Below, piece after piece: positions 35,310 to 35,420 of a stretch of 35,420 nucleotides of DNA. Origin of the DNA: Octopus sinensis. Taxonomy: Eukaryota. Positions within the stretch are counted from its first letter, which is position 1; each line of letters begins with the position of its first letter. The translations under genes and the position numbers were made by a program. The notes beneath the pieces were generated by a model. That model worked only from the letters and a program-made list of their open reading frames with translations, searched no databases and was not told the origin of the DNA. The DNA lies in NCBI RefSeq assembly GCF_006345805.1, contig NW_021832034.1, positions 1-35,420 on the forward strand. Direction: 5' to 3'.

Positions 35310-35420
35310 AACCTGAACCATCTTGTAATTATGGTATATGTGGTTGTGTATTCCACACACATACGCATTTCAATCCTTAAGGAATCCTCAGGGATAATCA
35401 TCAAGACTCAGAGTGGCTTA
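35310..35420 (+). repeat. Second copy of the decayed RTE-derived segment at 26888-26993 (runs off the window)
   Basis: AACCTGAACCA...GTAATTATGGT.TATGTGGTTGTGTATTCCACACACATAC.CATTTCAATCCTTAA.GGAATCCTCAGGGATAATCATCAAGA shared. Confidence 0.85.

Overview
Eukaryotic, AT-rich DNA saturated with microsatellites, with no intact protein-coding gene that I can support. The repeat families (tRNA-headed SINEs, RTE-type LINE pieces with (GAT)n tails, a DD37D mariner) point to an octopus/coleoid cephalopod intron or intergenic region; this taxon call is by recognition and unverified. Most ORFs in the supplied track are translations of (TA)n/(CA)n/(TACA)n tracts or SINE read-through. The window holds about 20 SINE or LINE-tail copies, fragments of at least three RTE-clade LINEs (one with a scrambled RT, others with C-terminal C2H2 fingers) and an internally deleted maT (DD37D) transposon plus a second 5' fragment. 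It also holds piggyBac-like and pogo-like MITEs, a near-identical 1.42 kb tandem duplication and two weak candidate host exons. The most notable signal is a structurally complete type I hammerhead ribozyme at 34770-34840, with a palindromic stem III as in Penelope/retrozyme ribozymes; a second, degenerate hammerhead-like motif lies at 10659-10693. Coordinates were counted by hand and may be off by a few bases; family names come from motif recognition, not database searches.
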